From the IMG/VR virus record IMGVR_UViG_3300037041_001083, positions 15,996 to 79,995 of that record: 64,000 bases of DNA, one strand, 5' to 3'. The notes under the pieces were generated by a model, which saw only the letters and a list, made by a program, of their open reading frames with translations, was not told where the DNA came from and made no database searches. Origin of the DNA: a virus. The position numbers were made by a program, and so were the translations under genes. Shown piece by piece: positions 47,849 to 56,041 of this stretch; the first letter of the stretch is position 1; every line of letters begins with the position of its first letter.

Positions 47849-48649
47849 CTACTTACGCCCGTATTTATTACGGAGAAAGTTCCAAACAAATGACTCAGCC
47901 TCAAAACGATCAAAGCCTTTTTTAAGCATTAATCTGTCTCTCAACTTCCTCGCTAAAACGCTTACATCATCATGTGAGCCTTCCAAATCTTCTTTCATTA
48001 CTGGTTGTGCATTGGTAACGCTTAACGATTTTTCAACGCTATCGTACCAGCGATCCGCAGTAAGTATTTCAGATTTTCCAGCTAAACTCTTTGCTAACAT
48101 ATCCACATTAGTTCCACCGTTTATAGGCTGGAAAGTTAATGCGATATTATAAATTGTAGCCTTCTTAACATAGTGGCCGCATGGACTACGTTCAACAACT
48201 TTACCTTCAACTGACTGGCAAAGTCCTTTATTCATCCCTGCTTTTTTCAATGCGTTGTGTTGCTCTACAATTTGATCGGTCGTATAAGTCATGCCGTTGT
48301 GAGTCATGGCAGTCAAACCGCCCAGTATTTCGCCTTGGCTCTTCCAAACTTTATCGTCGAACCAAGCCTTTTTTCCTACTGGTACGCCAACCATTGCAAA
48401 AGGAATGTGATTCCAGTTGAACTCTCCCATATCCATGAAAGGTGCGAAATCCAGTCCTTTTTGGATCAGGGTTTCGCCTTCAATATCCCTGTCCTCAGTG
48501 GAACAGACACCTTGAAATGGATAAACAACAGCACCATTTTTGTTTTGAGCTTTGAGTAAGTTCATTTCGATACCGCCGAACAACGCCCGAAAGCTGCCGT
48601 CAGAACGTACCATGAAGCTATTTTCGTTATGCTCGATGCTAATGCTCAT
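47849..48649 (-). CDS. Prohead protease
   Basis: GVCSTEDRD.EGE...KGLDF...FNWNH...SVEG...ALT..P.N motifs; likely ATG at 48649 after GAGGGGG. Confidence 0.85.
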   Translation of the reverse strand: MSISIEHNENSFMVRSDGSFRALFGGIEMNLLKAQNKNGAVVYPFQGVCSTEDRDIEGETLIQKGLDFAPFMDMGEFNWNHIPFAMVGVPVGKKAWFDDKVWKSQGEILGGLTAMTHNGMTYTTDQIVEQHNALKKAGMNKGLCQSVEGKVVERSPCGHYVKKATIYNIALTFQPINGGTNVDMLAKSLAGKSEILTADRWYDSVEKSLSVTNAQPVMKEDLEGSHDDVSVLARKLRDRLMLKKGFDRFEAESFVWNFLRNKYGRK

Positions 48650-48788
48650 GCTTGATCCCCCTCTTCTATCCATTTTGACTAATGTAGTAGGATAAAAACA
48701 AGGTAGTGAACGAAAAACATTGTAAGTGGTGCTAGTGATTAGAATGGAGGCAACGCTTGTTTCCTATTTCCATTCATATCTTAGCTCC

Positions 48789-49976
48789 TTAACATGGCCC
48801 TTCAAGCGTACCTTTTGAGCCTAGTGGTGGTTTCCAATCGTCCAATATAACAGGTTCATCCCAGTTCTCATTGTTGGCTTCCGCTACCCAATCAGGGTTA
48901 TTCGTGCCTTCAAATGGAGTTCCTTTATCAGCCCGTTCGTGAACATTAAGCTTCTCAGCTGATATTGTATGGTTAAATTCATTTTCATGCTTTGCTATTT
49001 CATTTACTTGGTCTGGATTGACCTTGCGTAGCGAACACCAGTGATTAGGGCCACTAAACACGCAGCCAGCGCATGAACATCTGCCCCAACCTAATTTGTA
49101 ACATGGATGAGGATTTATTTTGTGTTCAGCTATTTTTGCCCAAACTTCTTGAGTAGTCCACTTGTGTACTGGGCGATAATGGTCAATATGCCTTTGCAGC
49201 TTACCTTCTCGTGCATCATTGTCGTGACGTTCAAGCTCCTCGTATTCACCTCGCCCTTGGCTTTCCTGCCATCGTTCGCCAGTGATATACAAGGTCTTCT
49301 TGTTTTCAAATCGTGGCTGGTTATTGATTGCGAGCCTTGCCACATCAATTTTCAATGAGCCAGTACACCAGCGACCCTTACGCATATCTGCCACAGCCGC
49401 AGGGAATTTCCTTCGAGTTTGGACTTTTGATTTTACGCCACCACGGATAATTGCTTGTGTCTTGCCGTTTTCATCCTCTATTTCAATGATACAAGGATTA
49501 CTTTGTTTATTTTCCTTCAACAACTCAGCCTTAAATCCACCAATACGTCTTGATGCAAAATATTTAATACCCAGTGCTTTTGCTACAGCCTTGCAATAGC
49601 TGGGTGTGCATTTCCAATCCATGAAGGTGTGATTTGGTTCGTCTATTTCGTGATGCCACAGCTCGATTTTTTCCCTTGGACATCCGGTATCTATCAAGTG
49701 AAGTAATGCAGCCAAGCTATCCTTGCCACCACTAAACATCACAAGTATATGGTCATATTTCGAGTAGTCTAGCGTCGGTACTTGAGTTGGTGGAGGCTGG
49801 CATTGTGAGCGAGGCTTGCCTTTTATTTTGAATGTTTTTGCCGTAACTACCACTTTATTAGGTTCTGCAACTGCCTCCCAATCCTTATCACCAACCTTTT
49901 GAAACTCACCCTGCTTACGATGAGTAATGGTTCCTATTGGTCTACCAACTCGTGATTTGAACAGGAATCTAAACAT
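48789..49976 (-). CDS. PAPS-reductase-family (PP-loop, Fe-S) enzyme with N-terminal leader
   Basis: SGGKDS, RWCT..LK, GER..ES..R, HPCY.LG..R.SC..C motifs. Confidence 0.85.
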   Translation of the reverse strand: MFRFLFKSRVGRPIGTITHRKQGEFQKVGDKDWEAVAEPNKVVVTAKTFKIKGKPRSQCQPPPTQVPTLDYSKYDHILVMFSGGKDSLAALLHLIDTGCPREKIELWHHEIDEPNHTFMDWKCTPSYCKAVAKALGIKYFASRRIGGFKAELLKENKQSNPCIIEIEDENGKTQAIIRGGVKSKVQTRRKFPAAVADMRKGRWCTGSLKIDVARLAINNQPRFENKKTLYITGERWQESQGRGEYEELERHDNDAREGKLQRHIDHYRPVHKWTTQEVWAKIAEHKINPHPCYKLGWGRCSCAGCVFSGPNHWCSLRKVNPDQVNEIAKHENEFNHTISAEKLNVHERADKGTPFEGTNNPDWVAEANNENWDEPVILDDWKPPLGSKGTLEGPC

Positions 49977-49979
49977 AAT

Positions 49980-50708
49980 TTAATCCTTGTCAGGCATGTG
50001 AGGTAGTCCACGGACTTTCTTAGGCTTCAAAATATGGTGGATTACGAACTTCATTTTTTTAACAAATGTTGGACGCTGAAAAGCCTTAGCAATCCCTCTG
50101 CCTGTGCGCTTTTGCAACAACTGGTGCATTTTTTTACAGCACTCACAGTTTTCCTCTGTGCAGTTTTTCAAGTGTTCATGGGCTGATAATAATATCGCTT
50201 TATGATTTGCAGCTTCGTGTGGATTCTGAGGCAAATGCATCATTCCTTCATGGAACATTGCTGCTCCATTACTTCGGTGATATTCGTCACATTCAGCCTT
50301 TTTCACCATGCCAATCATGCGCCACTCTGAACATTTGCAGTTGGTATGGACTGCGCCTTTAAGGTGGTCAGGAACCATACCAGCAGCCCACACACGAGGA
50401 CTCTTAGGCGATCCAAAGGCATGTAGGCAAGCTTCGCAAGCATCACCAGTTATCCGAACCACCTGCGCCCGTCTGCCATATTTTTCGATAATGGCATCAA
50501 ACGATTGGGTAGCATTGGCATCAGTCAGCTCAGTACGAGCTACTGACTTCCAATTTCGGGTGTCTCGCTTCGTAGGAGTGTTTGCGAGTCGCTTGAGTTG
50601 GCCTGATAGGTACTCCATAGTCCAGTGCTTATCTCGTGCTTGTTGCACAAGGTCAGCAACCTTTTCCTTGCGATGCTCGCCCATATGCGTGATTTTCTCT
50701 ATCGGCAT
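49980..50708 (-). CDS. MuF/SPP1 gp7-like minor head protein
   Basis: W..VARTE...ACEAC...HTNCKC. Confidence 0.7.
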   Translation of the reverse strand: MPIEKITHMGEHRKEKVADLVQQARDKHWTMEYLSGQLKRLANTPTKRDTRNWKSVARTELTDANATQSFDAIIEKYGRRAQVVRITGDACEACLHAFGSPKSPRVWAAGMVPDHLKGAVHTNCKCSEWRMIGMVKKAECDEYHRSNGAAMFHEGMMHLPQNPHEAANHKAILLSAHEHLKNCTEENCECCKKMHQLLQKRTGRGIAKAFQRPTFVKKMKFVIHHILKPKKVRGLPHMPDKD

Positions 50709-53422
50709 CCAAACCTCCTCATCAACATTTTGGACTGCAACTTGAACGCAACAACATTATTTCCCGAAGCTTTATCCATGATTGATTTTCTTATTGCGCC
50801 CTTGCTTTGCATTGGTACTTCGATAAAGGATAACTTTTTCTTGGGTCGAGTGTATGCCACATACTCAACATTTCGTTCCTGCTGGACTTGATCGGGAGTT
50901 TTCGCACGACCTCGTGCTTTATCAAACAAGTCTCTATTCAAAATATAAACATTATCAGCCTCAAGCCCTTTGCACTTGTGGACACTGGATAAACGAACAA
51001 TTCCCTTGGTGTTTTCTTCGGCAAACATAGTTTCAATTTCCGCAACAATACCTTCAGGTGTTCCAGCTTTTGTATTGTCGATAAAAGTCATCACTGACTC
51101 ATATCTGTCATCAATATGGTCAACGGATGCATCCTCATGTTTACGTTTAATTTTCGCCTTTTCATGGTCAGCCCATGTATCAAGCTTGTTTACTAATTCA
51201 GGTATTGTTCTGGCTTTTAATTTCCTAATTAGTGATGCAATTCCTTTACCAATATCCCTACCTAACATTTTGCAAGGTATTCTGTCTTTCAATAACGAAT
51301 AGGTTAGCTTGACTAATGGAGCATTGTTACGACAAATAATCATATCATTTGGTAAAAAATCACCATTTTTAAAACCAACACCTTTTTCTTCGGTAACACC
51401 TTCAATGGCCCACGGCGCAACTTCAATGTGTCGTACCAATGGTTTCGCATATTCATTAATTACGCTCTTAGGACAGCGATAACATATGGACAGCGGTATT
51501 TCAGTTGCATTAAATGTTTTTACAGCCCTACTAATTCCTTTTGTATCAGCACCACTAAATCCATAAATACTCTGATAAGGATCGCCTACTCCAATAAACC
51601 TACCATTAGGAGCAAGCATTTTTGTTAATAACTTATGTTGTAATGAATTTAGGTCTTGGCAATTATGTACCAATATTCCATTAGCGTAAAAGTTATGATT
51701 ATCTTCTATGGTTAAGTCGTAAACATAATAATCTTTTAATGTATATGGTTCAACTGATTCAACAATACCTTCAGTCGGACAATCATCACCATCTATGCAC
51801 ATATTCATTTCTTGTGCAATTTTTTCAGCATTACTAAAAGCAAAACTATTACTGTACCGATATACTTTCCATCCTATTGATTGAAGGAACTCTTCTTTCT
51901 TTTTATCCTGTTCCTTACGCATGTTGTGTCTTCCACCATCAACTTCAATAGCAATCATTCTATCTGGATTAGCTATGTCAACTTTATATGCTGTTGGATA
52001 GCCGAGTCCTTTTTTAACCTTTGTAGGAATAGCATATTCAGCAATCCATCCTTCTCCTAATTCATCAAGTAGTACTTGCTGAGGAATGGTCAGTCCTGTT
52101 CCATTTCCACCTCTAATATTTTCAGTAATTGTACCTCTCCAATTACTCCTTTCCTGAAATTCAGGAGTTTCATTTTTACTACTCATTATTTCAGATAGCT
52201 TTTTCTTTCCTTCAGCACCAATTTTAAATGCTTGAGTTGTAGCAGCCAATGATTCAACTTGCATTTTCATTCCCGGATTTACTAATCCAGCTTCAATCCA
52301 TTCTTCATTAGCCCAAACTTTATGGTCAGTAGTGCAAACAAGTATATTGGTTTTGTTGTTATGCCCAATACGTTCACGACCATTTTCTATCCATTTATAC
52401 TCTTTTCTCCATTTTACCCTAATCCTAACCAATGGTTTCCTATTTAATGTTTTACTCCACTTGGTTATTTTTTTAGTTTCTTGTTCTCCAGTTTCAGTAT
52501 TATATGTAATCACTTTACCAGTAATATGCTCATCAACAATTTGTCCTATCGGCAAACTACTTCCATCTGCCATTAAAATTGGAGTTTGATAAGGCAAACA
52601 TTCATCACAAAACAAAAATTTGTATTGTGGCATTTTAATGTTATTTATCAATGGTAAATAAATCATATCGGCAAAATCCACGACATCGTGATGTTTGTTA
52701 CTTTCTGTTAATATTGCTCGTGCATTTTCAATGATCGTATCGTCATCAAAATCTTCGGAAAAATCAATGTTGAAATTTTGCATTAAATGTATCCAATTTT
52801 CCGGTGTATCTTCCATAATTCCATTTTTGTTTCCCGGAACCAATCCATGTATTTTTGCCTTTTGAACCAAATCGCTTAGTGCAAATTTCATTGACATGTC
52901 TTTAGGACTTAATCTTTCACTTATCAGGTTCAATACCTTGTAATTATCAACTTGAACTTTACCAGCAAATGAACGCCATGCTGCAAATCCCTCAGCGTGC
53001 ATTGTCTTGGCTGGCAATCCTCGTGAACTTAATTCAGTTTCAATATGTTTGTTAAATGCTAAAAATCTTGTGTTCATTTTGTCTTCTGGACTTAACAAAT
53101 CAAATGCCATTTCAATGGTACTGGATTTACCGCTTCCCGAAACAGCATCTACTAAGCAATTTCCCTTGCCATATTTAATGAATTTGAACACGGCCATCTG
53201 GTACTTGCTAGGAGTCCTGCCATCGAGCTTTGGTATTAGTTTAAGGTCAACGTCAGGCAATGCTTCTACCTCGGCTGGGATTGGCGTTTTCGAGGTATTT
53301 TCAGTGGTAATTGCCTGTGCGATGGTCTTGGGTTGCATTTCCTTTGCGGTAGGCTCAGGGTCGGCAACAACCTCGTTTGCAGTTGCGGCACTCTCATCTA
53401 ACTTCGCTATCGTAGTATTCAC
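50699..53422 (-). CDS. UvrD/Rep SF1 helicase containing an intein
   Basis: AVSGSGKS, DE|CQD, VGDPYQSIYGF, YRCP, SSVHKCKGLE, YVAYTR. Confidence 0.9.
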   Translation of the reverse strand: MNTTIAKLDESAATANEVVADPEPTAKEMQPKTIAQAITTENTSKTPIPAEVEALPDVDLKLIPKLDGRTPSKYQMAVFKFIKYGKGNCLVDAVSGSGKSSTIEMAFDLLSPEDKMNTRFLAFNKHIETELSSRGLPAKTMHAEGFAAWRSFAGKVQVDNYKVLNLISERLSPKDMSMKFALSDLVQKAKIHGLVPGNKNGIMEDTPENWIHLMQNFNIDFSEDFDDDTIIENARAILTESNKHHDVVDFADMIYLPLINNIKMPQYKFLFCDECLPYQTPILMADGSSLPIGQIVDEHITGKVITYNTETGEQETKKITKWSKTLNRKPLVRIRVKWRKEYKWIENGRERIGHNNKTNILVCTTDHKVWANEEWIEAGLVNPGMKMQVESLAATTQAFKIGAEGKKKLSEIMSSKNETPEFQERSNWRGTITENIRGGNGTGLTIPQQVLLDELGEGWIAEYAIPTKVKKGLGYPTAYKVDIANPDRMIAIEVDGGRHNMRKEQDKKKEEFLQSIGWKVYRYSNSFAFSNAEKIAQEMNMCIDGDDCPTEGIVESVEPYTLKDYYVYDLTIEDNHNFYANGILVHNCQDLNSLQHKLLTKMLAPNGRFIGVGDPYQSIYGFSGADTKGISRAVKTFNATEIPLSICYRCPKSVINEYAKPLVRHIEVAPWAIEGVTEEKGVGFKNGDFLPNDMIICRNNAPLVKLTYSLLKDRIPCKMLGRDIGKGIASLIRKLKARTIPELVNKLDTWADHEKAKIKRKHEDASVDHIDDRYESVMTFIDNTKAGTPEGIVAEIETMFAEENTKGIVRLSSVHKCKGLEADNVYILNRDLFDKARGRAKTPDQVQQERNVEYVAYTRPKKKLSFIEVPMQSKGAIRKSIMDKASGNNVVAFKLQSKMLMRRFGCR
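51662..52600 (-). mobile_element. Intein (313 aa) with in-frame Vsr/DUF559-type endonuclease
   Basis: Starts CLPYQTPILMADG, has block B CTTDHK, ends YVYDLTIEDNHNFYANGILVHN|C. Internal KVDIA...IEVDGGRH...D..KEEFL...GWKVYR. Confidence 0.92.
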
Positions 53423-54393
53423 TTGTCGTTCCCCTTCGTGCGTTCCATGAACATCGCAATGACTTTCTTTCGTTCCACCGGATGTACTGGATACTTGCTA
53501 AAAATATCGTCAAACTTCGCATCCAATGCGTGTTTGTTTTCTGGTTGCAAATAAACGTCAAGGTATTTGTTCCGCAGGAGTTCGTCAACTATTTTGTTCA
53601 AATAGTTTTCATTGTGGATTGGCACTAATTCCCATTTCTTCACTTCCTCGTCGGTTAGCTCGTGGTCGTACTCCACTACACCGTGACGAATCATTGCGTC
53701 CTTGTCTTCCATTTTTTCATCAGGATTGTAGCTGATATATCCGGGCTTAACTGCACCTACTCCAGCAGGTCGTAATCGCATACCGTATTTAAAAGTTTTC
53801 TGTGTAGGTATTACCGATGTTTCAGGCAAGCCTCGCACTGGTTTGGGAGCTGGAGGTTCAGCGATGCCTCTGGTTGCAATCGGCGTAGGTTCGGATGGTG
53901 GAGGAGCAAATGGTTTGTGCGCTGCGGTGATGCCTCTGGATACTGGTTTGGGTTCAGCACTTAAACTGGGTTTAACTTCCACAGGCACATGCTTGGCCTC
54001 AGCTCTCATCTTGGCAACCACAGCCTCAACCATAGCCACATGGTCAGCATCAGGAGCTTCACCGTAGGTTTTTTTCCACTCTCGCCAATACTTTTTATTG
54101 TCACCATGATGAAACAACGCATGAATATCCTCAAGCGTTTCATCCTTAACCTGATTCTTGGTTTCCTCGTCAGCGTCAGCCCAGCCTTCGATGTTCAGCT
54201 TGTTCAGCTCGTGGTCAAGCTCTTTGGCAGGATCAACCTTCGTGGATGCGTGGGTGTAGTTCGGTAGGTGTTTCCACTCACCACCAATTTTTTGATACCA
54301 ACCATCGGCTCTGCGAACGATTGTACCTGCTGGGAGTTCCTTGGCCTTCATCACGATGCCACGATTTGCTGGTTTGCCAAAAGTAAATTTCAT
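53419..54393 (-). CDS. Modular protein with a DarA C-terminal-like domain
   Basis: YGMRLRPAGVGAVKPG...RHGVVEYDHELTDEEVKKWELVP resembles the DarA_C pattern. It also carries the shared leader and the W..W.K.YG.AP module. Confidence 0.6.
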   Translation of the reverse strand: MKFTFGKPANRGIVMKAKELPAGTIVRRADGWYQKIGGEWKHLPNYTHASTKVDPAKELDHELNKLNIEGWADADEETKNQVKDETLEDIHALFHHGDNKKYWREWKKTYGEAPDADHVAMVEAVVAKMRAEAKHVPVEVKPSLSAEPKPVSRGITAAHKPFAPPPSEPTPIATRGIAEPPAPKPVRGLPETSVIPTQKTFKYGMRLRPAGVGAVKPGYISYNPDEKMEDKDAMIRHGVVEYDHELTDEEVKKWELVPIHNENYLNKIVDELLRNKYLDVYLQPENKHALDAKFDDIFSKYPVHPVERKKVIAMFMERTKGNDK

Positions 54394-54451
54394 CGGTTGC
54401 TCCTGACGCTAACAAGGTTCCAGAAAAAAAACGGAAGGGCTGATATGGTTT

Positions 54452-56041
54452 TTATTTGCCTTGCATTTTTGACCTTACATTTGCCTGTGTATTTCCGGTT
54501 TCTTTACCTATTTTCCATTCTAATTCAAATATTGCCGTACCTTCACGATTGTATCGGTTCATATCGCTCATGGTGGAATTTGGCCTCATAACTGTTCTAT
54601 CTTCGTACATATCCTTTAGTTTTTGATATTCAGGATGCTTGGTAATATCACCTGTTTTTGAAGTTTTAACTTCCTCTTGCACAGGTTTTTTCACTACATA
54701 CTTGGCATTTGATACTGGTTTTTGTGAATTTCTGCTCTCAACTTCGTTATCGTGCGATGTTGCTTTTGCTTTTGCCCCTTCACGAAAAGGAGTAAATTCT
54801 AATGGCTCTGAGTCATCCATTGAATCAGGAACATTTGTTACACTATCCCATGAATTATTGCCTACAAATTTTTTTGCACTTTTTATATCATTATCTGATA
54901 TATGCTTTTTAAGTTTTTGAGCCATATATTTATGTAAAGCTTCCATTGAATTTTGGTCGCCAGCTTCTCCACCATAATATCCTTGACCAAAATTGCCTGC
55001 TGCTTGATGTGCAAAATGATGATGTAAATAAGCATCCTCTGGATTTTCATGTGACTCATCATCCGCTAATCGTGCAACATGTTCAGGTAATATATTGTAC
55101 TTACTAATATAATGACGAAGTAATGGGTTTATTTTTTCTCCGGCTGCAAATTTATGTGTTTTAGCATATTCAGTTGCATTTTTTACTTCTTCACGACTAT
55201 GCCCCTTAAATGGCAATATTTGTCGAGCATCATCAGGATTACGCATAAGTTGATCGTCACGATGGATTTTTACTTTCTCGTATCGTTCCATACCACGTTT
55301 GGTAGGTTTTGCGCCTTCCTTTACCATTTGCTTTAATTCATCCAAATGCCTGTCTAGGTGCTTACAAGTGCCACCGTGATACTTACAAGCAGGACACTCG
55401 CAAGTCCATTTACCACTGGCTTTATGCTGGCCTATCACATAGTCTTTGCCGCTATCACCTTCAACAACAAATCTATTGGTGTGATTTTTGCCTTCTCCAA
55501 TCGGATCAATCATTTTGCCATGCGGTTTTATTTTCGGTGAAACCTTGAAGGTTTTTCGAGGTGCAGCTACTTCCTTGACTGGCTCTTGCTTTTCCTTTTC
55601 CTTTGGCTTGACGACAAACTTAGGAGCTGGTTCGCCAGCCTCCTCAGCCTTGTTTCTTTGTTTGGTACGTTGTGCTGGATTAGGAACGCCATGCGCCTGA
55701 ATGATCCTCTCATGTGCTGAATGGACGACTGACTTATGTGCGCTTGCCGGAGCACCACCGTATTTTTTCGCCCAGTCTCCCCAAAACTCAGCTTTACTTT
55801 GTCCACCCAAATGTACTTTTTTATGAAATGCTTCAATATCCTCGTGGGTTTCATTCATTGTTTCTTTACTAATATCCTTGGGGTCAAGGTTATGTTGTGC
55901 CAGCGCAGCATTGAGGTGTTTCTGGGCTTCAACACGAGTCCATTTGCCACCAGTTTGCTTTTCAAACATGCCTATTTTCCACTTGCGTTTCTCGCCAACC
56001 TGAGCTGCTTTAGCCTTAAACAAATTGAATAAAAATTTCAT
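54452..56041 (-). CDS. Modular SWIM zinc-finger protein
   Basis: VEGDSGKDYVI...WTCECPACKYHGGTCKH matches SWIM CxCx(n)CxH; shared leader and module are present. Confidence 0.7.
   Translation of the reverse strand: MKFLFNLFKAKAAQVGEKRKWKIGMFEKQTGGKWTRVEAQKHLNAALAQHNLDPKDISKETMNETHEDIEAFHKKVHLGGQSKAEFWGDWAKKYGGAPASAHKSVVHSAHERIIQAHGVPNPAQRTKQRNKAEEAGEPAPKFVVKPKEKEKQEPVKEVAAPRKTFKVSPKIKPHGKMIDPIGEGKNHTNRFVVEGDSGKDYVIGQHKASGKWTCECPACKYHGGTCKHLDRHLDELKQMVKEGAKPTKRGMERYEKVKIHRDDQLMRNPDDARQILPFKGHSREEVKNATEYAKTHKFAAGEKINPLLRHYISKYNILPEHVARLADDESHENPEDAYLHHHFAHQAAGNFGQGYYGGEAGDQNSMEALHKYMAQKLKKHISDNDIKSAKKFVGNNSWDSVTNVPDSMDDSEPLEFTPFREGAKAKATSHDNEVESRNSQKPVSNAKYVVKKPVQEEVKTSKTGDITKHPEYQKLKDMYEDRTVMRPNSTMSDMNRYNREGTAIFELEWKIGKETGNTQANVRSKMQGK

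Noticed and set aside
48674-48788. Possible late promoter upstream of the prohead protease
   Set aside because: The intergenic gap is suggestive, but I could not identify a convincing -35/-10 pair or a motif repeated at other intergenic sites.
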